Assembly (NCBI GenBank): GCA_964385055.1
Contig: CAYLMH010000001.1
Location: forward strand, 30,111 to 94,110
Length of the DNA: 64,000 bases
Direction of reading: 5' to 3'
Origin: an uncultured Methanosarcinales archaeon
Lineage (GTDB): Archaea; Nanobdellota; Nanobdellia; Woesearchaeales; DSVV01
Part shown: piece by piece, positions 39,793-47,888 of the stretch
Layout: the number at the start of each line of letters is the position of its first letter
Position numbering within the stretch: the stretch's first letter is position 1
The notes under the pieces: model-generated
Seen by the model: only the letters and a program-made list of their open reading frames with translations
What the model was told of the DNA's origin: nothing
The model's database searches: none
Position numbers and translations under genes: made by a program

Positions 39793-41277
39793 CTATGCGG
39801 ATTTTCTAAAGAAGTGAGCAAGTTCCTGAAAAGTAAGGACACGGAAAGAAAACAAAAAAGAAAAATAAAGAACAGAAAAGAGAAACGCAGAACAAACAAA
39901 CGCAACAAAGCCATAAGGAAGATAATTTTTTGCAAAGAACACAACAGCAGCGCTCAAAATGCCAAAAAGAAACGTAAGAAACCATGTTCGAAGAGGAAAT
40001 GTAAAGGCAAGAAAACGCCGAAGCAGAAATGTTGAGAAGAAAAACAAGAGAAGATACGACGCCATCGTAGAAAATGCAGCGCCGATCATGCCATACAGAG
40101 GAACAAAAAGAAAATTAAGAAGTGCATTAAAAAGAGCAACACCTGCAACAAGAAGCGCCATATGTTTGACTTTTCCTAAACCTGTAAAAATAATGCCATT
40201 AAAGAGAGAGAACGCATAAAAAAATGTACCAAAGGTGAGAAGCTGAAGCGCTGGTGCAGCAGCAATATACGCGCGGTCAAACAAAAAAGAAATCAAAAAA
40301 TCAGGAAAAAGGAGGAACGCAGCAGCGCAGGGAAGGAGAAGAATAAAGAGGTAGATGTAGGAATGCGTGATCGCGCCGGACAACGCCTCATGTTTTTTTT
40401 CAGAAACAAGTTCTGTTGCAAGCGGAGAAAAAACAATAGTCACAGGCCGCATGAAAAAAAGCAGCAAAAGAGAAAGGGGAAGCGCAACATTATACAATCC
40501 AACAGTCTCAAGAGAGGTAAAGTACGTCAAAAACAACGTGTCTGTTTGCGTCAATAAGATCCAGCCAAAATTCGTGAATGCAATGAAGATGCCATAGGAA
40601 AATGCAGAGCGAAGAAGCGCGGGATCAAAGAAAGACGAAATGGAGAGCGAAGAAGGAACAATCTGCGGAAAGAAGCGATAGACATACGAAAAATAACAAA
40701 AAAAGAGAACCAACTGAACAAGCGCATACGCGAGGATCGGGCTCATAAGTCCATTGCCAAGAGAGAGAAGAAGTCCAGAAACAAGAACCACAAATCCCAT
40801 CCTGAAAAAATCAAGTGCAGTATACCATGTTGTTCGCTGAAAGCCGAGGAGCAAGGAAGCAAGGAACAAAATGAGAGGAGTAGTCACAAACCAAATACCG
40901 AGGAGCTGCAATACAGAAACTGCGGCAGGGGTGTGAAAATACGAAAGCGCGATGGTATCCGCAAACAAGAGAACAAGAATATACAAAAGAGCAGAGAGAG
41001 AAAGCTGAAAAAAGAGAATGGAAAAACTGAGTGCGCGAATCTTATCGTATTGTTTTTGAAGGCGAAATTCAACAATGTGTTTTGTTGCAGCTTGTTCCAG
41101 TCCAAGATCAATAAAGAGCATGAAAAAACTGTAAAAAGAAACAACGCTAAAAAATAATCCATAATCCGCGACAGAGAGTGTCGAAGTCAAAAGCTTCCTA
41201 AAAAGATATCCAAGCAAACTTCCTAAAATAATGAAAACAAAAGAAAGGCTTACTCCACGAACAATCCGTTGGTACAT
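39793..41277 (-). CDS. Oligosaccharide flippase (Wzx/MOP family)
   Basis: About 14 TM segments; LSVADYG, DLGL, QTDTLFL, VGLYNVA, NALLNFLFVPLYGMIGAAFST. Confidence 0.9.
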   Translation of the reverse strand: MYQRIVRGVSLSFVFIILGSLLGYLFRKLLTSTLSVADYGLFFSVVSFYSFFMLFIDLGLEQAATKHIVEFRLQKQYDKIRALSFSILFFQLSLSALLYILVLLFADTIALSYFHTPAAVSVLQLLGIWFVTTPLILFLASLLLGFQRTTWYTALDFFRMGFVVLVSGLLLSLGNGLMSPILAYALVQLVLFFCYFSYVYRFFPQIVPSSLSISSFFDPALLRSAFSYGIFIAFTNFGWILLTQTDTLFLTYFTSLETVGLYNVALPLSLLLLFFMRPVTIVFSPLATELVSEKKHEALSGAITHSYIYLFILLLPCAAAFLLFPDFLISFLFDRAYIAAAPALQLLTFGTFFYAFSLFNGIIFTGLGKVKHMALLVAGVALFNALLNFLFVPLYGMIGAAFSTMASYLLLFFFSTFLLRRFLAFTFPLRTWFLTFLFGILSAAVVFFAKNYLPYGFVAFVCSAFLFSVLYFSFLFSFRVLTFQELAHFFRKSA

Positions 41278-41498
41278 AAAACAAAAGAACAAAAGTCGCT
41301 ATAAAAAACTTGTGCATGAAAGGATTTTCTATGAAAGAATGCCAACAACAACAATGGCATAGGGAAAAACACGCACCAGAATCGAAAAAGAATCGCTCAG
41401 CAAAGACCTACTACACAATTTATCTATTTTTTATTAAGAGAATGAAAAAAGACAAAGAAAGTAAGTGGAAAGATTTGATGAGAATAATGAAAAAGAAG

Positions 41499-41610
41499 GA
41501 ACAGCTATCCATGGTTCCCACACAACAGTGCAGTACAACATGGAACGTGGGTGTTCTTGACGGCTGTGTTCGAAATGGGAACAGGTAGAGCCACACCACT
41601 ATGGCCGTTC
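41499..41610 (-). rRNA. rrf: 5S rRNA, stand-alone
   Basis: Minus strand GAACGGCCATAGTGGTGTGG..ACCTGTTCCCATTTCGAACACAG..GTCAAG..GTACTG..GGGAA..AGCTGTTC. Conserved CGAAC loop C and complementary ends. TTTATAAA about 25 nt upstream (41635-41642). Confidence 0.92.
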
Positions 41611-41742
41611 ACGAATATGTGGATAACGGGTTTATTTATAAAGGTTTTGTAAAATCAAAGAAAACGCACCTAAAAAAGAACAAGACAACCCATAGAATCA
41701 AACATCATAACCTATATAAATGCTCCAAAGCCTCTCCGTCTG

Positions 41743-43062
41743 ATGAACATAGCTATTTTTGGGTCAGGATATGTTGGTCTTGTCACAGGAACCTGCCTCG
41801 CAAATTTGGGAAACACCATCACGTGTGTGGACATTGACCAACAGCGAATTGCAAACCTCCAAAAGAATATTCTTCCCATCTACGAACCAGGATTGCAAGA
41901 ATTAGTAACAAAGAACGTACAAGAGAAACGCCTTTCTTTCACCACAGACGCAGCAGCAGCAATCCAGCAATCAGATGTTATTTTCATTACTGTAGGAACT
42001 CCTTCTGATGAATTTGGAAAAGCAAACCTCACTTATGTCTTCCAAGTTGCGGCAACCATTGGAAAACACATGAATAACTACAAAGTAATTGTAGATAAAA
42101 GCACAGTGCCCGTAGGAACAGCAGATCAAGTCCGCGCAATCATCCAGCAAGAACAAAAAGAAAAACATCCCTTTGATCTTGTTTCAAATCCAGAATTCCT
42201 GCGAGAAGGAGAAGCAATTCATGATTTCATGAATCCAGATCGAATTGTCATTGGAGTAGAAGCTGACAGAGCAAAAGAAATCATGACTCGCTTGTACAAA
42301 GGAGTAGAGCGAACAGGAAAACCAATTTTCATTACAGATATAAAAAGTTCTGAAATCATCAAGTACGCAGCAAACGCGTTTCTTGCAACAAAAATCTCTT
42401 TCATGAATCAAATCGCGCAACTTTGTGAGAAAGTAGGGGGAGATGTGAAAGAAGTGGCAAAGGGCATTGGACTTGATCAAAGAATAGGATCCAGATTCTT
42501 GCAAGCAGGAGTTGGATACGGCGGTTCTTGTTTTCCAAAAGACGTTCAGGCATTGACACAAACAGCGCAAGAAGCAGGAATCAGCTTTCCATTACTGCAA
42601 GCAGTGCATGAAGTGAACAACAAACAAAAACAATCACTCCTTCCAAAAATACAAACACTAGTAGGAGATATCAAAGGAAAAACAATTGCCGTGCTAGGAT
42701 TGTCATTCAAACCAAAGACAGATGATATTCGCGATGCGCCATCAGTAACAATTATACAACAACTGCTCAATGCAGGAGCAAAAGTCAATGCGTATGATCC
42801 TATTGCAATGCAACCAATGAAAAAATATTTTCCAACAATAGAGTATACAGAATCAGCGTATGATGCTGCAAAAGATGCAGAATGTATTGTCATCGCTACA
42901 GAATGGGATGAATTCCGCTATCTCGATCTCAGTAAAATAAAACAAAGTATGAAGACTCCTGTAATTGTGGATGGCAGAAATATTTATGATGAAGAGGAAG
43001 TAAAGAGAATGGGTTTCAAGTATGTGGGTGTAGGAAGAGGAAACAGTGAGGACGCACAATGA
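41743..43062 (+). CDS. ugd: UDP-glucose 6-dehydrogenase
   Basis: GSGYVGLV, VGTP, KSTVPVGT, SNPEFLREG, IKYAANAFLATKISF, GYGGSCFPKD, FKPKTDDIR, DGRN. Confidence 0.95.
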   Translation: MNIAIFGSGYVGLVTGTCLANLGNTITCVDIDQQRIANLQKNILPIYEPGLQELVTKNVQEKRLSFTTDAAAAIQQSDVIFITVGTPSDEFGKANLTYVFQVAATIGKHMNNYKVIVDKSTVPVGTADQVRAIIQQEQKEKHPFDLVSNPEFLREGEAIHDFMNPDRIVIGVEADRAKEIMTRLYKGVERTGKPIFITDIKSSEIIKYAANAFLATKISFMNQIAQLCEKVGGDVKEVAKGIGLDQRIGSRFLQAGVGYGGSCFPKDVQALTQTAQEAGISFPLLQAVHEVNNKQKQSLLPKIQTLVGDIKGKTIAVLGLSFKPKTDDIRDAPSVTIIQQLLNAGAKVNAYDPIAMQPMKKYFPTIEYTESAYDAAKDAECIVIATEWDEFRYLDLSKIKQSMKTPVIVDGRNIYDEEEVKRMGFKYVGVGRGNSEDAQ

Positions 43063-43988
43063 AAATTCTCGTGACAGGTGGTGCAGGATTTATTGGAAGC
43101 CAGGTCGTTGATAAATACATCGAAGAAGGTCACACAGTCGTTGTGGTAGATTCTTTAGTAACAGGACAGGAAAAAAATCTCCATCCAAAAGCAATATTTT
43201 ACAAATGTGATATCACCTCGCCAGAATTAAAAAATATTTTTGAAAAAGAAAAGCCAGATGTCGTGAATCATCATGCAGCGCAAATGAATGTACGAAAATC
43301 AATTGAAGAGCCGGTGTATGACGCGCAGACAAACGTCCTTGGATTAATTAATGTCCTTTCTTGCGCAGCAGAAGCGAAAGTGAAAAAGTTTATCTTCATC
43401 TCATCAGGCGGAGCAATGTATGGCGACGCGCCAGTGCTTCCCACTCCTGAAGAAACACATCCAACACCGCTGTCTCCGTATGGGCTCGCAAAACACATCG
43501 GAGAGCAGTATGTGCAGCTCTTCCATCGCCTGTATGGAATGTCCTATGTCATTCTTCGATATGCAAATGTCTATGGTCCAAGACAAAATCCACAGGGAGA
43601 AGCAGGAGTTATTGCAATATTCATCGACAATATGCTCAACGGAAAAAAAGCAACAATATTTGGAGACGGACAGCAAACTCGTGATTATGTTTATGTTGCA
43701 GATGTTGTTGCTGCGAATAGTAAGGCACTCACCACAGGAGAAAATAAAATTCTAAATCTCGGAACAGGGAAAGAAGTGTCCGTGCTTGAACTGCACACGA
43801 TTGTGCAGGAAGTTCTGACAACCAATGAAGAACCTCAATTTGCAGAAAAAAGACATGGAGAAGTATTTCGTGGCGCATTGCATTGTAGTGCTGCAGAGAA
43901 TATTTTAGGATGGAAAGCAACCATTGATCTCAAAGAAGGAATTCAGAAAACAGCGCAATGGTTTAAGGAACAGCGAGGCACACCATGA
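43059..43988 (+). CDS. UDP-glucose 4-epimerase-like SDR
   Basis: [49 protein letters not shown]. Confidence 0.9.
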   Translation: MKILVTGGAGFIGSQVVDKYIEEGHTVVVVDSLVTGQEKNLHPKAIFYKCDITSPELKNIFEKEKPDVVNHHAAQMNVRKSIEEPVYDAQTNVLGLINVLSCAAEAKVKKFIFISSGGAMYGDAPVLPTPEETHPTPLSPYGLAKHIGEQYVQLFHRLYGMSYVILRYANVYGPRQNPQGEAGVIAIFIDNMLNGKKATIFGDGQQTRDYVYVADVVAANSKALTTGENKILNLGTGKEVSVLELHTIVQEVLTTNEEPQFAEKRHGEVFRGALHCSAAENILGWKATIDLKEGIQKTAQWFKEQRGTP

Positions 43989-44923
43989 AAACATGCCTTG
44001 TCACAGGAGGAGCAGGATTTCTCGGAAGCCATTTGTGTACATTTCTGCTCGAAAAAGGACACCGTGTCATAGCAGTTGACAATTGTATTACTGGAAATAC
44101 TGAAAATATTGCGCATCTGAAAAATAACACAAACTTCACATTCATAAATCACGACTGTACAAAACCAATAATAATCGATGAATCTATCCACTACGTTCTG
44201 AATTTTGCAAGTCCTGCGTCACCTATTGATTATCAGAAGATTCCAATAGAAACATTGTTTGTGGGTGCATATGGAACCCAGCATGCATTAGATTGTGCAA
44301 AAGAAAAAGGTGCGGTCTTTTTGCAGGCATCAACATCGGAAGTGTATGGGGATCCAGCAATAACGCCGCAACCAGAAACATACTGGGGAAATGTAAGTTC
44401 TACAGGACCAAGAAGCTGCTATGACGAAGCAAAGCGCTATGCAGAAGCGTTAGTCATGGCATATCATAGGAAATACAAAATGGATACAAAAATAGTGCGA
44501 ATTTTTAATACCTATGGACCACGAATGCGAATAAACGACGGCAGAGTTATCCCTACATTTATCAGTGAAGCACTCGAAGGAAAACCATTAACAGTGTTTG
44601 GCGATGGCACGCAAACACGAAGTTTCTGTTATGTGGATGATCTCATCGCAGGAATTTACGCCCTCCTGATTTCAACAATAAATGAACCAGTGAATATAGG
44701 AAATTCTGAAGAGTTCACCATGATTGATGCTGCAAAGAAAATAATCGCGTGTACAGGAAGCAGAAGTACAATCACATTTCTCCCATTGCCAGAAGATGAT
44801 CCAAAGCAGCGATGCCCAGACAGTACAAAAGCAAAAACAATGTTGCATTGGCAACCAAAAATTTCTTTGGATGAAGGATTAAAAAGAACAATCCCTTGGT
44901 TTCAGCAACAGTTAAAAAAGTAA
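43985..44923 (+). CDS. uxs: UDP-glucuronate decarboxylase (UDP-xylose synthase)
   Basis: [62 protein letters not shown]. Confidence 0.92.
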   Translation: MKTCLVTGGAGFLGSHLCTFLLEKGHRVIAVDNCITGNTENIAHLKNNTNFTFINHDCTKPIIIDESIHYVLNFASPASPIDYQKIPIETLFVGAYGTQHALDCAKEKGAVFLQASTSEVYGDPAITPQPETYWGNVSSTGPRSCYDEAKRYAEALVMAYHRKYKMDTKIVRIFNTYGPRMRINDGRVIPTFISEALEGKPLTVFGDGTQTRSFCYVDDLIAGIYALLISTINEPVNIGNSEEFTMIDAAKKIIACTGSRSTITFLPLPEDDPKQRCPDSTKAKTMLHWQPKISLDEGLKRTIPWFQQQLKK

Positions 44924-44996
44924 TAGTAAACTATTTCTGACGAGAAAGAGAAAAAACACAATAAAATTTAAAAAGATCAAGACGTAAAAAGAGAAA

Positions 44997-45200
44997 ATGC
45001 CTGTAAAAAAATGTCTGATCTGTGAAGAAGAAGCAAAATTTGCTATCAAAAACACAAAAGACTATTACTGTGAAGAATGCGCGCAAGATCAGTTTGGAGA
45101 CATTTCTTATTTAGTCAAAATTGAAGAAGCAGTCGAACAACAGGAAAAGAATAGAATAGAACAGCTTGAAGAAGAGCAGGAAGTTCTGAAAGAAGAATAG
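44997..45200 (+). CDS. Small zinc-binding protein (CxxC...CxxC) with acidic tail
   Basis: KKCLIC...YYCEECA; TTTAAAA about 24 nt upstream of ATG. Confidence 0.65.
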   Translation: MPVKKCLICEEEAKFAIKNTKDYYCEECAQDQFGDISYLVKIEEAVEQQEKNRIEQLEEEQEVLKEE

Positions 45201-45350
45201 TTACTGTTGAACAATCTGTTCTCGAACGTTGAAATTTTTACCGCAATAGACACATTTTTTCTTTTTGCCGAAAAGAGTCCCATCTTTGAGAGGAAGATAT
45301 TTCATACGATGTTTACAGTTGGGGCATTGAAGAAGAAATGTTTGAGGCAT
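45201..45350 (-). CDS. 49-aa zinc-ribbon microprotein (MPQTFLLQCPNCKHRMKYLPLKDGTLFGKKKKCVYCGKNFNVREQIVQQ)
   Basis: Hand-translated: CPNC and CVYCG motifs. Starts 2 nt after the scpB stop and fills the gap exactly. Missed by the ORF track. Confidence 0.75.
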   Translation of the reverse strand: MPQTFLLQCPNCKHRMKYLPLKDGTLFGKKKKCVYCGKNFNVREQIVQQ

Positions 45351-45352
45351 AA

Positions 45353-46195
45353 TTATTCCAACGAATGTTTTTTCTTGTGTTTGTGCTGAGGATCTTTTTC
45401 CTGCATTTTCTCTGCGTCTTTTTCATAGCTTGCAACAAAAGAAGCTTCTTCTGGTTTGACTTCATCATCGTCAACCATTTCTTCACGATCAACAGCAGAA
45501 TCTAAGTCTTGTTCCTCTGCACCCTGCGCAACAGCTTCTTGATGAAGCTCACCTGCGTTTAGTTGCGCCTGTTCACTAACTTCAGGAACAAGATCTTCTG
45601 GACTTTTTTCAGGAGAAACAACTTCAGGAAGCTGTGCTTCAGCTGCGCCAGCGTCTGCCGCAGCGCGTGCTTCTTCCAGCTTCCGTTGTGTTTCTTCAGA
45701 TTCCTTAACGTGCGCAAACATTTCGCGCGCAGCTTGTGCGTCACGAAGATCAAAATAATCAAAAAATTTTTGTGTTAATTTGAGCATAAATGTTCTGCCA
45801 TACTTTTCCTTAACAAGAAAACCCATTTTTTCAAGTTCACCAATGTGTTCATACGCTTTATTGGTACGAATCGCAATGACTTCGCTTTGCGTAATTGGCT
45901 GTTTCCATGCAATCACTGCAAGCGTTTCCATCATTGTTTTAGTAAGTTCAGTGTTCGGGTTAATTTTACGAACAATAGAAAGGTATTTTTCTCTGGTCGT
46001 GAGTTTCCAAGAATCTCCTTCTTGGACAATCATGACAGGACTTTCACGATCAGTGTACTCTTTTTGGAGTTCCGCAGTTGCCTCTTTGATTGCGGCTGTT
46101 GAAGCAGGAAGATGAAGTTTTAATTCATCAAGCGTCATCTTTCTTCCGCAAGCAAATAAGAGTGCTTCTATTTGATTTTTGAGCTCATTGACCAT
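45353..46195 (-). CDS. scpB: SMC-Scp complex subunit ScpB with long acidic C-terminal tail
   Basis: IEALLFA, LTKTMMETLAVIAWKQPITQSEVIAIR, GR...LTQKFFDYF. Confidence 0.9.
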   Translation of the reverse strand: MVNELKNQIEALLFACGRKMTLDELKLHLPASTAAIKEATAELQKEYTDRESPVMIVQEGDSWKLTTREKYLSIVRKINPNTELTKTMMETLAVIAWKQPITQSEVIAIRTNKAYEHIGELEKMGFLVKEKYGRTFMLKLTQKFFDYFDLRDAQAAREMFAHVKESEETQRKLEEARAAADAGAAEAQLPEVVSPEKSPEDLVPEVSEQAQLNAGELHQEAVAQGAEEQDLDSAVDREEMVDDDEVKPEEASFVASYEKDAEKMQEKDPQHKHKKKHSLE

Positions 46196-46257
46196 GGGAA
46201 AAGTTAGCTAAAACGAGGTTTATATGTTTTTCGAAGTAAAAAAAGAAAATAAAAAAA

Positions 46258-47343
46258 TTAAACATCCTGCAATCCGCCTTCAGTGACATAGAACGCAACT
46301 TCTGCTTCTGGCAAGTTAGGGCTATCAACCAGTTTTGCAACTCTGCTACCTTTCTTGCCTTTGCGCAAGTAAATTCTAAACGTGCTTGCATGTCCCACAA
46401 TGTGACCACCAATTGCCTGCGTTGGATCTCCAAAGAACTGATCTGGCTTTGACATGACTTGATTCGTCACATAAACACAGATGTTGTAGGTGTCAGCAAG
46501 CTTCAAGAGTGCGTGCATGTGTTTGTTGATTTTCTGCTGTCGGTCAGCAAGTGTTCCTCGCCCAACAAATTCTGCTCGAAAGTGCGCAGTTAAGGAATCA
46601 ACCACAATCAGTTTAACATTCAAATGTTGTTGGGTGATCATCTCTTCGATTTTATCGACAAGCAGCATCTGATGGTCAGAGTTGTATGCGCGACCTACTT
46701 TGATGTTCTTGAGCACTGCATCAACATCCATACCTTTTGCAGCAGCGAGCTGTTTGATTCGCTCTGGTCTAAAAGTATTTTCAGTGTCGATATAAAACAC
46801 AGCAGGATTCTCTTCTCCTTCAACTGCGAGCGCATTGACTGCGAGCATATGCCCAATTTGCGTTTTTCCCGCGCCAAATTCAGCATACACTTCTGTGATT
46901 GCGCCAGTTTCAAAGCCACCTGCCATCATTGCATCAAATCCTTTATGACCCGTAGAGATCTTAACAACGCGTTCTCGTTTCTGCATCACTTGGTCGCCGC
47001 TTTCAAAACCCATGTCCAAATTATCGCGTGCAGCGTTGATGATTTTGCGTGCGCCAGCTTCAGAAATGCCTGTTGCTTCAACAATTTCTCCGGGCGTCGC
47101 AACAGCAATAGCCATCACAGTGCCAAAACCAACTGCGGTTAGTTTTTCAGCAGTTGCTGGTCCAATGCCGGGAAGATCATTGATCGTAATCTGCTTGCCT
47201 GTTTTTTTGATAGGCGCAGCATCCTCAATGTCTCGCTTTTCTTGCTGAAATTGTTCTTCATCGAATCGTTCTTCCATTGTTTCCTCAAATACTTGTTCTT
47301 GTTTACGCATAGGTATCTCCTCCAAATTTATATGTTCTTTCAT
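46258..47343 (-). CDS. radA: DNA repair and recombination protein RadA (start may be 47310)
   Basis: DLPGIGPATAEKL HhH, EFGAGKTQ Walker A, IDTENTFRPERI, VDSLTAHFRAEFVGRGTLADRQQK, PTQAIGGHIVGH. Confidence 0.97.
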   Translation of the reverse strand: MKEHINLEEIPMRKQEQVFEETMEERFDEEQFQQEKRDIEDAAPIKKTGKQITINDLPGIGPATAEKLTAVGFGTVMAIAVATPGEIVEATGISEAGARKIINAARDNLDMGFESGDQVMQKRERVVKISTGHKGFDAMMAGGFETGAITEVYAEFGAGKTQIGHMLAVNALAVEGEENPAVFYIDTENTFRPERIKQLAAAKGMDVDAVLKNIKVGRAYNSDHQMLLVDKIEEMITQQHLNVKLIVVDSLTAHFRAEFVGRGTLADRQQKINKHMHALLKLADTYNICVYVTNQVMSKPDQFFGDPTQAIGGHIVGHASTFRIYLRKGKKGSRVAKLVDSPNLPEAEVAFYVTEGGLQDV

Positions 47344-47372
47344 CTAATGTAAAATAAAAAATAAAAAAAGAT

Positions 47373-47645
47373 TTATGCAGCTTCTCCTTCTTCAGCGCTG
47401 TCTTTGTTGAGCACAAGGAACTCATACGCTTTGTTGACAACGACCGCGACTTTTGGCAGGTCATTTAAGCGAAGCGAGCTTGTTGTTTTCCAGGAGCCAT
47501 CTTTATCTTTGTAGCTTCTTTCCAAAGAAATAGTGCTGTACGTTGTTGGTTCTTTCCCTTCAAACTCTTTGCCTGGATTGTTCCAGACAGTTGCAGAGAC
47601 TGCTCCTGCTCTAAATTTCTTTACTGGTCCTTTTTTTGTTTCCAT
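47373..47645 (-). CDS. Small conserved protein, possible PC4/Whirly/SpoVG-like ssDNA-binding fold
   Basis: PVKKFRAGAVSATVWNN...ERSYKDKDGSWKTTSSLRLNDLPK. Strong SD (GGAAGGTGG) and directly upstream of radA. Confidence 0.6.
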   Translation of the reverse strand: METKKGPVKKFRAGAVSATVWNNPGKEFEGKEPTTYSTISLERSYKDKDGSWKTTSSLRLNDLPKVAVVVNKAYEFLVLNKDSAEEGEAA

Positions 47646-47649
47646 AGTT

Positions 47650-47845
47650 CCACCTTCCTTTCGGGTTTTTTTTCAGCAGTGCAAAGTTTGGTGCATTACT
47701 GCACTGGTCTGTCAAACTTCTGCCTGTGGTGTAAGGATATCTATGATCGAAGTTCCTTATATACCTCACAACAGCGTGTCCAGTGGAGGATGTGGGCACC
47801 GTTTACCGAGAATAAAAGCACTGGACAAAGTGATTTGTCGAGTGG
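47650..47845 (-). ncRNA. Putative structured RNA leader upstream of the small-protein/radA operon
   Basis: Inverted repeats TGTCCAGTG/CACTGGACA (47777-85/47819-27), TGTG-GTGTAAGGA/TCCTTATATAC-TCACA (47725-37/47754-70), CAGTGCA/TGCACTG (47677-83/47700-06). GNRA-capped stems GUGCA-GUAA-UGCAC and CC-GAAA-GG on the minus strand. Confidence 0.45.
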
Positions 47846-47888
47846 AAGAAGAGAGTCCTATAACATCTTCTAAAAAAGCTATACTTAT

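Noticed and set aside
41310..41837. Plus-strand ORFs 41310..41588 and 41601..41837
   Set aside because: They overlap the 5S rRNA antisense and its promoter, and their K-rich sequence simply reflects A-rich DNA.
45207..45389. Plus-strand 60-aa ORF from the track
   Set aside because: It is antisense to the better-supported 49-aa zinc-ribbon gene at 45201..45350.
47650..47850. RNase P RNA, SRP RNA or cobalamin riboswitch identity for the structured region; ORB-like TCCAGTGGA at 47779
   Set aside because: No GAGGAAAGUCC/P4 partner, SRP helix 8 or B12-box consensus is visible. A single partial ORB-like match 13 kb from cdc6 is insufficient.
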